Source: a virus
Taxonomy: Duplodnaviria; Caudoviricetes
Virus record (IMG/VR): IMGVR_UViG_3300044302_003481
Coordinates: 1-61,996 of that record
Reading direction: 5' to 3' (one strand)
Length of the DNA: 61,996 nt
Shown: positions 34,476 to 44,121 of the stretch, piece by piece
Layout of the letters: every line of letters starts with the position of its first letter
Position numbering within the stretch: position 1 is the first letter of the stretch
Translations under genes and position numbers: made by a program
Notes under the pieces: generated by a model
What the model was told of the DNA's origin: nothing
The model's database searches: none
The model's input: the letters and a program-made list of their open reading frames with translations, nothing else

Positions 34476-35160
34476 TTAATTTTCTTGGAGCCTTACCAAG
34501 TTTCTTTTGAACTGCTGTAATAACTTTTTTGACGACAGGTTTTACAGTTTTCAAAAGTAAGTCAGCTAAGGGTTTTGCAAGGACACTAGAAATAACAGCA
34601 GTAGACGCAATAACTGCAGTAGTGGTAGCAAGTTGTGCTGATGGAAGATACTGTTCAACAGCTCCAATATCCTCATATAACGTTATACAAATTGTCTTAT
34701 CTTCATTCAACTCAAAACCTACTACCTTTTCTTTTTGATTCTGAGCAACGTCTCCTATACGCGGAGCATTAGGACCAGGGCATGGTACCTCTTTCTTAGG
34801 TACTTTAGGAACCCCTGTCTCTGGAGTTTCAGGAGCAGGTGGAGCTGCATAGGCAGGAGGTTGCGCTGCAGTTGTATAAATTAGATCCTCAGGACTATAA
34901 TCCATAGCGTTGAAACTAGGATAGTGTCCATTAGGACATAACGTTCTTAAACCATTATTATCCTCTATTGGTAAATTTTGTGCTCTCTTATCATCAGGAT
35001 GAAATTCAACACAACCTGGTATATCAACTACAGGGGTACCTATAAGTACAGTAACTGGTGGAACCTCAGGAGCTGTAGGTCTTACAGGTAGACTCCATAT
35101 CTGAATCTGTGGTGTACCTATCTGAGTAACCTGAATATTAATATCAGGTATCTGCTCCAC
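34399..35160 (-). CDS. Pro-rich membrane-anchored protein
   Basis: Two Cys pairs, TM TTTAVIASTAVISSVLA, basic tail. Confidence 0.7.
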   Translation of the reverse strand: MEQIPDINIQVTQIGTPQIQIWSLPVRPTAPEVPPVTVLIGTPVVDIPGCVEFHPDDKRAQNLPIEDNNGLRTLCPNGHYPSFNAMDYSPEDLIYTTAAQPPAYAAPPAPETPETGVPKVPKKEVPCPGPNAPRIGDVAQNQKEKVVGFELNEDKTICITLYEDIGAVEQYLPSAQLATTTAVIASTAVISSVLAKPLADLLLKTVKPVVKKVITAVQKKLGKAPRKLTISEIRSNQYREKRSLPPLKEPKKK

Positions 35161-35417
35161 TATTTAGGAAGACTTAAACTCTTTACACCTAATTGTGCGG
35201 CTCCTCCTGCTTGAGCTGGACCAGTCATTTGTGGCATTTTAGTATCCACTAAAGAAGGTAGTGATCCAGTAACTGATTCAAGGACTTGAGACTTAACCTT
35301 ATTAATAAGTTGATCTCTTTGTAAGTATATAAATAAACCGCTCCCGACAACGGCAAGAGATACAGCGCCAGACGCAACAGCAATGAAGTTGACAACTTTT
35401 TGAACCTTACAAGACAT
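35160..35417 (-). CDS. single-TM protein
   Basis: VNFIAVASGAVSLAVVGSGLFIYL. Confidence 0.7.
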   Translation of the reverse strand: MSCKVQKVVNFIAVASGAVSLAVVGSGLFIYLQRDQLINKVKSQVLESVTGSLPSLVDTKMPQMTGPAQAGGAAQLGVKSLSLPK

Positions 35418-35474
35418 TGTTTATGAAATCTTTGAATTTTGTACCGCCATCATACTCCCATGCATATCCTTATT

Positions 35475-38400
35475 TTATTTAGCCTCCAATGCTGTTACTT
35501 TTGCTGATAGTTCCTTGATTGCGTTCACTAAAACAGGAACCAATCTTTCATATTTCAAACCGTATGCTGAGTCATCTTCATTGAGATTGACAACTAACAT
35601 ATCATCTTTATTCGTTGGATTCCCTTCAATAGCTAAGACATCTTGAGCTAAAAATCCAATATGTTTCTTATTACGTTTCTTACTACCATCAGGGGTGTTG
35701 TCGTCATACCAACAACGCTTGTCCCAACGATATGTTACAGGTTTTAATTGATTAATCCAATTCAACCCATTAGTAAAGTCAACAACATCAGTTTTATCTC
35801 TCTTATCAGAAGATGAGATAGATGTATCCGCACAATATAAATTAGTAACATCATTATTACCTAGACATACAATATTATTACCAGTTGTAACTGATCCTGA
35901 AGGAGAAGAACCTGATCCTGCAGCCCAACCCAACATAGTATTATTATCTCCATCTGTTATCTCGTCCCCAGCGGTCATTCCTAAAGCAGCGTTATAATGC
36001 CCAGTTGTGAGGTTTGCTATCGCTTGATAACCGCAACCAGTATTATCGTTTCCAGTATTTATCTTCTTTCCACATTCATAACCTACGCTGACATTCCTAT
36101 GACCATCTGCTGTACCATTTTGGTCAGAACATCCTGAATAAGTACCAATAGCAACATTTTTCTCTCCATTATCTATATCTTTACCAGCATAATAACCAAT
36201 ACATGTATTTTTAGAACCTGCTGAACTTGTACTTAATGCATATGAACCTACTGCAGTATTTTCTCCTGCAGTAGTATTTTCAGCCATTGTGTATCTACCT
36301 ATAGCAACATTACTACTAGCAGTTGTGTTCTTTCCTAATGCGTGATAACCAATTCCTACACCGCCTGAACCAGTCGTATTAGCATCTAAAGCTTGTGAAC
36401 CAACAGAAACATTTTCTACACCTGTTGTATTTGCTTTTAATGCATAATTACCAACAGCACTGTTATTATCACCACCAGTATTTAAATTTAATGTTTCAAA
36501 ACCAACAGCTACATTATCATGTCCTGCATCAGTAATAGTATATAAAGCACTATTACCTACAGCAGTATTTCTAGATGCTTCAGTAATGCTGTAGAAAGCA
36601 GTACTACCTATTCCAGTGTTGTTAACACCAGTGGTATGGTTCTGACCTACTCTATACCCAATAGCAACATTACCTGTTCCTGTAGTGGTAGATTTAAGTG
36701 CTTCGTAACCAATAGCAATTTGATAACTACCATCTGTTGCAGTCTTTAATGCCTCGTACCCAATAGCAACTTTACCGTTGCCATTTGTGCCTGAAAGCAT
36801 TGCACGATGACCAACACCAACATTATTACTTCCAGTATTTACGTTTAAAACACCATCACCAACACCAACATTAGCAGCACCTGTTGTATTGGTTTCTAAA
36901 GTATTATGTCCTATAGCAACATTATAAGAGGCAGTGGTGTTTGCACCTAATGCATTTCTACCTACTGCTACGTTTTGAGTACCTGTAGTATTAGCATCTA
37001 ATGCAACAGAACCAACAGCAACATTACCATCACCCGTTGTGTTTGCACTTAAAGAGTTTGTACCAACAGCAGTATTACTAGCTCCAGTAGTATTTGCTCC
37101 CATGCTATATCTTCCAATAGCAGTGTTGTAATGAGCCGTAGTATTTACTTTTAAAGCGTCTCTTCCTAATGCTGTATTATGTATTCCTGTTGTGTTTAAA
37201 TATAATGACTGATGACCTACAGCAGTATTTTCAGTAGCAGTTGTATTTGAACTTAAAGCATTAACACCTACAGCTACACATGAACCGCCAGTAGTGTTTG
37301 CATCTAAAGCTAAAGCTCCAACGGCTGTATTTTCATATCCAGTTGTATTATTTTGTAAAGCAAGTCTTCCTACTGCTGTTTGATTACTTGCGGTTGTATT
37401 TTCGTATAATGCTAGATAACCAACGGCAGTATTATTACTTGCAGTTGTTTGTACACCTAATGCGCCGTAACCAACACCAGTATTATTTGATCCTGTCGTA
37501 TTGGCATCTAATGTATTAAGACCAACAGCACAATTTAATGTTCCAGATGTATTTGCAGCTAATGAGTTATAACCAAAAGCAACATTATTATTAGCAGTAG
37601 TAAGCGCACCTAAAGAGTTATACCCATAAGCAGTATTCTGTACTCCTGTTGTACATGCGTCTAAACAAGTAACACCGACAGCAGTATTACCATCTCCAGT
37701 AGTTATCGCTGTTCCAGCGTTATATCCAATTAACGTATTACTAGTTGCATCTGTTCCAGAAAAACTATCACCTGCACCTGCACCAACTCTGGTGTTATTT
37801 TGAGCATCAGTGGCGTCAATACCTCCCTCTGCAACTAGTATTCCAGTAACTGTCGCTCCCGTATTTGATGTCTCAAAACGCTTGGTGTTGTCGTAATAGA
37901 GTTCTACAGCTCCGTCTGCTATGAACTTAGCCATAGCCTCATTTCCAGCAGCATTCAATATCTGTGCTTTTGAAGAAAGTAGGTTTAAATTTCCAGTACC
38001 AGTATCAGCGAGGTATGAATCACTCCCGTCATGGTAAATAGTTAAGTCCGATGAAGTTCCAAATGCAGCCTTTGCATTGTCATTAAATATCAAATCATCT
38101 GCTGATTTATCCCAAACAACGTTTGCAGCTGCACCAGTAAACGTTACATCTCCGTCGTGTGTAGCTCCATCGTCTACACAAACTCCTATAATATTGAATC
38201 CAGCAGCGTTTGTATGCGCTTTTAATATATTATTATGATATAGCTCGCAAGCACCATTAGCAGCACCTACTAAATAATTTTCTCCTGCAGCACTAGTTAA
38301 CTTAAGATCATCTCCACGTATAAAGAAAGTCCCCGTGTCATTTTCTAGATATGTATTTGTAGAATTATGATATAGCTCTAGGTCATTACCTGTTCCGATT

Positions 38401-38876
38401 TGTAATTTCTTATTATCAGGTAAATTAAAACCATCTCCACTAAGACTAAACGTTAAGACACCATCTGAAGTGAAACCCATCGTTCCACCAGTTACAGAAT
38501 ATAGCCCTGTGTTGTTGTCCGTTCCAAAGGTAATACTTGGCGCGGTAGCACTACCTGCAGGGAACTCAGTACCTACTGTGACGTAGTCTGCACCAGATAA
38601 GATAACACCAAAGAAAGCATGTCCATTAGCTGGAGCTGAACTAAATACAATATTATTTCCTAATAGTTTGAAACCTGCACTACCCGTCGGATCAGGTTCT
38701 TGAATGACTCCATTAACTGAGATATAAATCTGCTGAGTGTTAATTGGGAAAGGTACTGGAGCAGCTCCTCCAACTAATAATGCAAACGAAGTTGTGCTCC
38801 CGTTAAAACTAGAACTTATATCGTCAATAATTTTGTTGCCTGACTCCGCAACTTGCAGATCATTCCCAATATACAT
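35475..38876 (-). CDS. tail fibre with NTAVG repeats and C-terminal peptidase S74 chaperone
   Basis: GSATAPSITF, NTAVG repeats, SSDKRDK...GFLAQDV...LVPVLVNAIKEL. Confidence 0.9.
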   Translation of the reverse strand: MYIGNDLQVAESGNKIIDDISSSFNGSTTSFALLVGGAAPVPFPINTQQIYISVNGVIQEPDPTGSAGFKLLGNNIVFSSAPANGHAFFGVILSGADYVTVGTEFPAGSATAPSITFGTDNNTGLYSVTGGTMGFTSDGVLTFSLSGDGFNLPDNKKLQIGTGNDLELYHNSTNTYLENDTGTFFIRGDDLKLTSAAGENYLVGAANGACELYHNNILKAHTNAAGFNIIGVCVDDGATHDGDVTFTGAAANVVWDKSADDLIFNDNAKAAFGTSSDLTIYHDGSDSYLADTGTGNLNLLSSKAQILNAAGNEAMAKFIADGAVELYYDNTKRFETSNTGATVTGILVAEGGIDATDAQNNTRVGAGAGDSFSGTDATSNTLIGYNAGTAITTGDGNTAVGVTCLDACTTGVQNTAYGYNSLGALTTANNNVAFGYNSLAANTSGTLNCAVGLNTLDANTTGSNNTGVGYGALGVQTTASNNTAVGYLALYENTTASNQTAVGRLALQNNTTGYENTAVGALALDANTTGGSCVAVGVNALSSNTTATENTAVGHQSLYLNTTGIHNTALGRDALKVNTTAHYNTAIGRYSMGANTTGASNTAVGTNSLSANTTGDGNVAVGSVALDANTTGTQNVAVGRNALGANTTASYNVAIGHNTLETNTTGAANVGVGDGVLNVNTGSNNVGVGHRAMLSGTNGNGKVAIGYEALKTATDGSYQIAIGYEALKSTTTGTGNVAIGYRVGQNHTTGVNNTGIGSTAFYSITEASRNTAVGNSALYTITDAGHDNVAVGFETLNLNTGGDNNSAVGNYALKANTTGVENVSVGSQALDANTTGSGGVGIGYHALGKNTTASSNVAIGRYTMAENTTAGENTAVGSYALSTSSAGSKNTCIGYYAGKDIDNGEKNVAIGTYSGCSDQNGTADGHRNVSVGYECGKKINTGNDNTGCGYQAIANLTTGHYNAALGMTAGDEITDGDNNTMLGWAAGSGSSPSGSVTTGNNIVCLGNNDVTNLYCADTSISSSDKRDKTDVVDFTNGLNWINQLKPVTYRWDKRCWYDDNTPDGSKKRNKKHIGFLAQDVLAIEGNPTNKDDMLVVNLNEDDSAYGLKYERLVPVLVNAIKELSAKVTALEAK

Positions 38877-38926
38877 TTTGTATTAGATGACTTTGTTATC
38901 TTCTATTGTATTTCTACTCTATTTAT

Positions 38927-39253
38927 CTATTCCGCTTCAAACTTAGTATTTGGACCATTAGTAGTAGGTGCTTTAGGCCAAACGACTGATCCATAGCCAG
39001 ATGACGCATATGTTTGACAAATATCTCTCAATGCTTGACGATATGCTGCCCATGCTGCTTGATCGACACTACAACCAGGTGTCATTGTCCAATCAGTTGT
39101 ACGTAATAAAAAATCACGTTTCTTACGAATAATATCCCAACTTGTTTCATCTAATTTTAAAATTGCTCTATCAAACTGCTTATCAAGCTCTGCTTTAATC
39201 TCTTCAAACTTTTGTTGAAGAACACTTATATCGCCAAATGTAGATAGTCCCAT
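38927..39253 (-). CDS. tail fibre assembly chaperone
   Basis: IRKKRDFLLRTTDWT...WAAYRQALRDI...VWPKAP. Confidence 0.8.
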   Translation of the reverse strand: MGLSTFGDISVLQQKFEEIKAELDKQFDRAILKLDETSWDIIRKKRDFLLRTTDWTMTPGCSVDQAAWAAYRQALRDICQTYASSGYGSVVWPKAPTTNGPNTKFEAE

Positions 39254-39256
39254 GAC

Positions 39257-39598
39257 TTAAGTCTGATCAAGGTAACTCAGTGTCAGATCCATTGCAGTGG
39301 CAGTATCACAACGTGCTCTTAATACATCACTAGCTTCGAGGATGATTTTACTTCCTGTAATCAACTCAAGAGAAGACCCAGCTGGAACCGGAACACTCTT
39401 TAGTAGATAAACATTATCCCCACTATTAGGAACCATGTAGACATCCACGTTTGCACTGGTAGATGTTTTATTAGCAACTAAAGCATTAAGAATAATAAGA
39501 GTTGAAGATGCTCCAGCTGTCAACACATTTGTATTGGTGCTACTTACAGCATCTGTAACTAAACTGGATTTAGTTGCTTGTTTGAAGGTATTTGCCAT
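39257..39598 (-). CDS. virion structural protein
   Basis: MANTFK...VPVPAGSSLELITGSKIILEASDVL; located in the fibre cluster. Confidence 0.7.
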   Translation of the reverse strand: MANTFKQATKSSLVTDAVSSTNTNVLTAGASSTLIILNALVANKTSTSANVDVYMVPNSGDNVYLLKSVPVPAGSSLELITGSKIILEASDVLRARCDTATAMDLTLSYLDQT

Positions 39599-39599
39599 A

Positions 39600-40004
39600 T
39601 CAGCCTAAAGCCACGATGAGAGCGATGTTGTCATTGGAATTAAATAAACCATTCACAGTCAAGCTTCCTGTAATAGAAACGTTACCTGGAATAGTCGCTG
39701 ATCCACTTCCATCTATTGTAAGCCGAGCAACACCTCCCGTTACTATTGCTATTTGATCAGATCCAGTAGAAATAATTCCTGTATTAGGGTCATTTGCAAA
39801 TTTAAGAGCACAGCTGGTTAATGAACCAAGTCCAAAAGATGCATTAGATCCATCTTCTCTTAAAAGTGCTATACCACCAGCAGTGGAATTATCATGAACA
39901 ACACAGACCTTTTTATCTGTGTCAATAGTAAGTTCTCCTACTGCACCAATGAAAGTAGAAGTTTGATTTGTTGATCCTCGACGGAGTTGTACTTGGGTTG
40001 CCAT
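39600..40004 (-). CDS. short fibre/adaptor protein (Mtd/hyaluronidase N-terminal-like)
   Basis: MATQVQLRRGST...GELTIDTDK...HDNSTAGG; C-terminal IALIVALG. Confidence 0.75.
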   Translation of the reverse strand: MATQVQLRRGSTNQTSTFIGAVGELTIDTDKKVCVVHDNSTAGGIALLREDGSNASFGLGSLTSCALKFANDPNTGIISTGSDQIAIVTGGVARLTIDGSGSATIPGNVSITGSLTVNGLFNSNDNIALIVALG

Positions 40005-40008
40005 AAGC

Positions 40009-42300
40009 CTATCCTAATGCAACTGCTATTGCAGTAGCGAAACTTTCGGTTGCGATGTCCCCAGTTTCATCTGGGAGAGTTAAAGTTCGATCCGCAGTTG
40101 GATCGGTAACTGCAAGAGTTGTTTCATAAGAGTTAGCCGTAGCACCCTCAAAGACAAGTGGACTTGCTCCTGCAAATACAGCGCTTCCTGCAGTAATCGT
40201 TCCTGTAATCGTAGGACTGGTAATACTTTTGTTAGTTAAAGTTTGAGAACCAGCTAACGTCACAACCGTGGAGTCAATCGCGTAAGTTACAGTCGAACCT
40301 GTAGCACTCGTATCAATTCCAGTTCCACCAGTAAGAACTAATGTTGCTGAATCCAAATCAATCGAAATTGATCCAGAATCAGACTGAACATCTAAGTCTT
40401 CAGCTGTAATTTTAGTATCTACATACGCCTTAATACTCTGCTGTGTAGCCAAGTGTGTTGCAGAGTTACTAGACATATTATCTTCATCTTTAATTGATGT
40501 TCCTGATATGGCATCATTTAGAACAGCACTAGTTAATGTCTTATTAGTTAAAGTATCTGAAGTAGCTAAACCAACGAGTGTGTCTGTAGCGTTAGGAAGC
40601 GTAACAATTCGATCTGCTGTTGGATCTCCTACAGTCAAAGTTGTTTCATGAGCATCAGCAGTAGTACCTTCAAATACCATGGAGGCATCACTAAGATATA
40701 AACCAGAAACTGTTGGAGACGTTAACGTTTTATTAGTTAAAGTTTGAGAACCAGCTAAAGTAGCTACGGTACTATCAATAGCAAAGGTAGCTGTAGTACC
40801 TGATCCACTTGTATCTATACCAGTTCCACCAGTAAGTATTAATGGTTCTGAATCTAAATCAACATCAAAGTTACCAGAGTCAGTCTGTACATCTAAATCT
40901 TCAGCAGTGATCTTGGTATCTACATAAGCTTTAATACTTTGTTGTGTGGCTAAATGAGTGGCTGAATCACTCGACATATTATCTTCATCTTTTATTGAAG
41001 TTCCTGATATAGAACCATTTAAAACAGCACTAGTTAAAGTCTTATTTGTAAGAGTTTCAGTGGCGTCAATTAAAGAGATAGTTCCATTAACATCCTGAAC
41101 AGTCAGAGTTCTAGTAGTACTTCCAGAAATACCTGAACATTCAAATGCTAATTGCTTTGTATTATCTGAATTATCGCGAACTCTAAAACCACTATCATCG
41201 GTAACAACTGCAGTAGAAGTAATAGAAGAGAGTCCCGCAATTGTTGTTGCAGTTCCACCTAAAGCAATACCTGTACTTCCAACCGTTACTGAACTATTAG
41301 CAAGCTTTGCATTAGGAATTGCATTTGTTCCTATTTCACCAGATGTGTAAGTTAAACCAGATCCAGATGCAACACTAATATGTGCTCTAACTTCAGAAGC
41401 TGAAGGACCTGTATATGTAATAACACCTGTTGAATTGTTATAAGCTAAGCTTCCATCTCCACCTGAATCGGTAACAGAAAGAGAAGTTAATAATGCAACT
41501 GTACCTGTAGCATCAGGTAATGTAATTGTTCTATCAGCTGTCGAATCTGTCGCAGTTACTGTTGTTTCATAAGCGTTAGCTGTTGATCCTTCAAAAACAA
41601 TATTTCCACTTCCGATACTAATTGTATTAGCTGCATCTATCGCGCCTGCATATAAAGTTGTACCTATTATTGATGTAGAAGTTAAAGAACTTAAGCCAAC
41701 AAAAGTAGTAACCGTTGCACCTAAACTTACACCAGTGCTACCAATTGTTACTGCACTGTTTGCTAAATTACTATTTCCTATTGAAGTGGCAGTTGTTAAT
41801 ACAGTTCCAGTTTCATTTGGAAGTGTAATAGTCCTGTCAGCAGTTGGATCAGTCGCAGTTAATGTTGTCTCATAAGCATCAGCTGTTGCTCCTTCAAAAG
41901 TTAAGCCACTAGTGGTTAATTTTAAAGAATTAGCAGCATCTTCAGTACCTACATTTAAGGTGGTTACATTTCCAGTCGTTGCTGTTAATGCTGTTATACC
42001 AGTGAAAGTCGTAACAGTCGCACCAAGTGCAACAGCAGTTCCACCAATTGTTACTGAACTATTTGCTAATTGAGCATTAGGAATAGAACTTGTTCCTAAA
42101 ACACCTGTCGAAGAGTTATATGTTAATCCCTCACCAGAGGCAATACTTATCGCTCCTCGTGCTCTCGCAGTTGTATGATAAAGATTCGTATTCTCAGTAA
42201 GATCAGCTGTCGTATTACCGCCAAAATCTAATTTATCTGAGGAAGTATTTAACTCCTGAAATAAACCACTGACAATTACGAGTGACTTTCTAGTTGCCAT
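40009..42300 (-). CDS. long Thr/Ser-rich fibre protein
   Basis: Repeated FEGATADAYETTL...PTADRTITLP and TLTNKTLT; C-terminal AIAVALG. Confidence 0.85.
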   Translation of the reverse strand: MATRKSLVIVSGLFQELNTSSDKLDFGGNTTADLTENTNLYHTTARARGAISIASGEGLTYNSSTGVLGTSSIPNAQLANSSVTIGGTAVALGATVTTFTGITALTATTGNVTTLNVGTEDAANSLKLTTSGLTFEGATADAYETTLTATDPTADRTITLPNETGTVLTTATSIGNSNLANSAVTIGSTGVSLGATVTTFVGLSSLTSTSIIGTTLYAGAIDAANTISIGSGNIVFEGSTANAYETTVTATDSTADRTITLPDATGTVALLTSLSVTDSGGDGSLAYNNSTGVITYTGPSASEVRAHISVASGSGLTYTSGEIGTNAIPNAKLANSSVTVGSTGIALGGTATTIAGLSSITSTAVVTDDSGFRVRDNSDNTKQLAFECSGISGSTTRTLTVQDVNGTISLIDATETLTNKTLTSAVLNGSISGTSIKDEDNMSSDSATHLATQQSIKAYVDTKITAEDLDVQTDSGNFDVDLDSEPLILTGGTGIDTSGSGTTATFAIDSTVATLAGSQTLTNKTLTSPTVSGLYLSDASMVFEGTTADAHETTLTVGDPTADRIVTLPNATDTLVGLATSDTLTNKTLTSAVLNDAISGTSIKDEDNMSSNSATHLATQQSIKAYVDTKITAEDLDVQSDSGSISIDLDSATLVLTGGTGIDTSATGSTVTYAIDSTVVTLAGSQTLTNKSITSPTITGTITAGSAVFAGASPLVFEGATANSYETTLAVTDPTADRTLTLPDETGDIATESFATAIAVALG
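40228..41055. repeat. internal ~325-bp direct duplication (about 40228-40554 and 40729-41055, offset 501 nt)
   Basis: TLTNKTLTSAVLN..ISGTSIKDEDNMSS.SATHLATQQSIKAYVDTKITAEDLDVQ occurs twice. Confidence 0.85.
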
Positions 42301-42380
42301 ACTTCAGTCCAACTCAGTTCTATATTTTTTTTACAAAAAAGAACTATTATTTAATATCTATCCTACCAATAATACAGTTA

Positions 42381-42845
42381 TTAATTTCTAACTAAGGGTG
42401 CCTCTATCTTGACAATTAGTTGAGTTGTACTCGATGCTCTTCCAACGCGTACTAAATAATGTGTACTACCCGTTGGAGGAGTTGATGTTATACCACCTGC
42501 ACTAGTATCTGATAAATAGTAATCTGCAGCTCCAGTTAATCCTGAGGTTGATAATTGACCATGAGTAACAACATCTACAGTCTCTCCTGTCGTCTTAGTC
42601 GTTCTAACAAAACCAATACAAGTAGCTTTATCAATCGTGTCATTTGCAATTGCTTTTCCTATCTTTCCATCGCTAGAACGAGAATAAACAGCATCTCCTT
42701 GACTAACATTTTCAAAAGCAGCAGCACTAAACCCAATAATCGAGTAAACCTGTTTACCAGCTATTGTTGTTTTTAAATCTATTAGAACACCTATTAAGCC
42801 TTCTGCATTTGACTCATAAGGTTCTTGATCTTTTGCACCTGACAT
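42381..42845 (-). CDS. virion structural protein (capsid-fibre/cement-like), paralogue of 42845..43378
   Basis: AFENVSQGDAVY...GKA.A...YYLS...AG.IT...VRVG.A shared with the neighbour. Confidence 0.7.
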   Translation of the reverse strand: MSGAKDQEPYESNAEGLIGVLIDLKTTIAGKQVYSIIGFSAAAFENVSQGDAVYSRSSDGKIGKAIANDTIDKATCIGFVRTTKTTGETVDVVTHGQLSTSGLTGAADYYLSDTSAGGITSTPPTGSTHYLVRVGRASSTTQLIVKIEAPLVRN

Positions 42846-43378
42846 TAATCTATCCTTATAGGTGGTTCTACACGAATACTAAAAATAGAAGTTGTAGCAC
42901 CTTCTCCTACTCGTACAATAGCTTGACCCGATCCTGAAGGAACTGTAGTTGTAATAGCACCTGCAGTTGAAGGACTTAGATAATAAATATCTCCTGGATC
43001 GATAGTACTTGGCATCGTTTTAACACCAGTTGTTATTACCTTGCATGTGCCTGTGGCTGAAGTAGCAGCATCAGCTAAACCAATAACATGAGAATTTTCT
43101 AAAGACCCATTAGCCGCACTAGCCTTACCTACCTGCCCATCTGAAGCTCTCATATATAAAGCCTCACCTTCAGCTACATTTTCAAAAGCAGTGGCGTCAA
43201 AACTTAAACGTGTCGGAGCATACGTAGGAAAACCTTCTTTTAAATCTATTAATGCATCTACCAAACCACGATAATTTGGTTCATACGGAATTCGTGTTTT
43301 AGTAAAAGAATTTGCATCTAGCAGATCAACTAAAACTGCTATTGCACCTTCTACATTTGGTTCGTATCCTGTAGCCAT
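42845..43378 (-). CDS. virion structural protein (capsid-fibre/cement-like)
   Basis: YEPN.EG...L.DL repeats, AFENVAEGEALY. Confidence 0.7.
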   Translation of the reverse strand: MATGYEPNVEGAIAVLVDLLDANSFTKTRIPYEPNYRGLVDALIDLKEGFPTYAPTRLSFDATAFENVAEGEALYMRASDGQVGKASAANGSLENSHVIGLADAATSATGTCKVITTGVKTMPSTIDPGDIYYLSPSTAGAITTTVPSGSGQAIVRVGEGATTSIFSIRVEPPIRID

Positions 43379-43445
43379 AATCTTTATCTATTAAATATCA
43401 TTTTAATTTGTAAACTCCTTTAGAATAGAAATATAGGAGGTCAGA

Positions 43446-43691
43446 ATGTCAACAGAAGTAATAGCCGCCATTATTTCAGGAAGCATTGGTGCTTTTGCTG
43501 GTATAACGCGAGCATTCTCAAACTTTAATCAAAAATTAGAAAAGAGATTTGAATATATTGAGCGTGACCTTGATAATCTAGAAGATAGAGTTGTACGTGA
43601 TTACGTGTTAAAAGAAGACTTTTTAAGAGAAATGCAAGCTGTCCATAACAAATTGGATCGCATCCTAGATCATTTGTTAGCTCAGCATTAA
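43446..43691 (+). CDS. membrane-anchored coiled-coil protein (possible lysis accessory)
   Basis: AGGAGG RBS; N-terminal TM; DYVLKEDFLREMQAVHNKLDRIL. Confidence 0.7.
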   Translation: MSTEVIAAIISGSIGAFAGITRAFSNFNQKLEKRFEYIERDLDNLEDRVVRDYVLKEDFLREMQAVHNKLDRILDHLLAQH

Positions 43692-44119
43692 GGACCTATA
43701 ACAACCCAAGAGGTACTTGCAAGTAAGTAGATAGCTAACTTACTGGTAGACGTATTATAGTGTAACTGACCATCTACAGGATTAGCCGGATAACCAGCAC
43801 TTACAGAGGCAACGGCTTTAGCTGTCTGCCAATTGGAACCATCATATATTTTATAGATCTGAGTACTAGCTGTATCTAACCAAGATTCACCTTTACTAAG
43901 AGAACTAAAACCTGCTGCAGAAGTATTAGGAGCAGTCGAACCAATAGAAATAGGTCCTACTTTAATTAAACCTGTTGAAGGAGAAGATGTATTATCAGCG
44001 AAAAAGAGTCCAGGGTCGCCTGCATTATTATTAACAGCTAACTCAGCAGTACCAAGACGAATAGGATAAGGTCGGTCATTGAGAGTACTAGAACGACGAG
44101 AAAGAATTTGTACAGCCAT
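43688..44119 (-). CDS. virion structural protein (fibre adaptor-like)
   Basis: MAVQILSRRSS...AELAVN; GESWLDT; PANPVDGQLHYNT. Confidence 0.7.
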   Translation of the reverse strand: MAVQILSRRSSTLNDRPYPIRLGTAELAVNNNAGDPGLFFADNTSSPSTGLIKVGPISIGSTAPNTSAAGFSSLSKGESWLDTASTQIYKIYDGSNWQTAKAVASVSAGYPANPVDGQLHYNTSTSKLAIYLLASTSWVVIGP

Positions 44120-44121
44120 AT

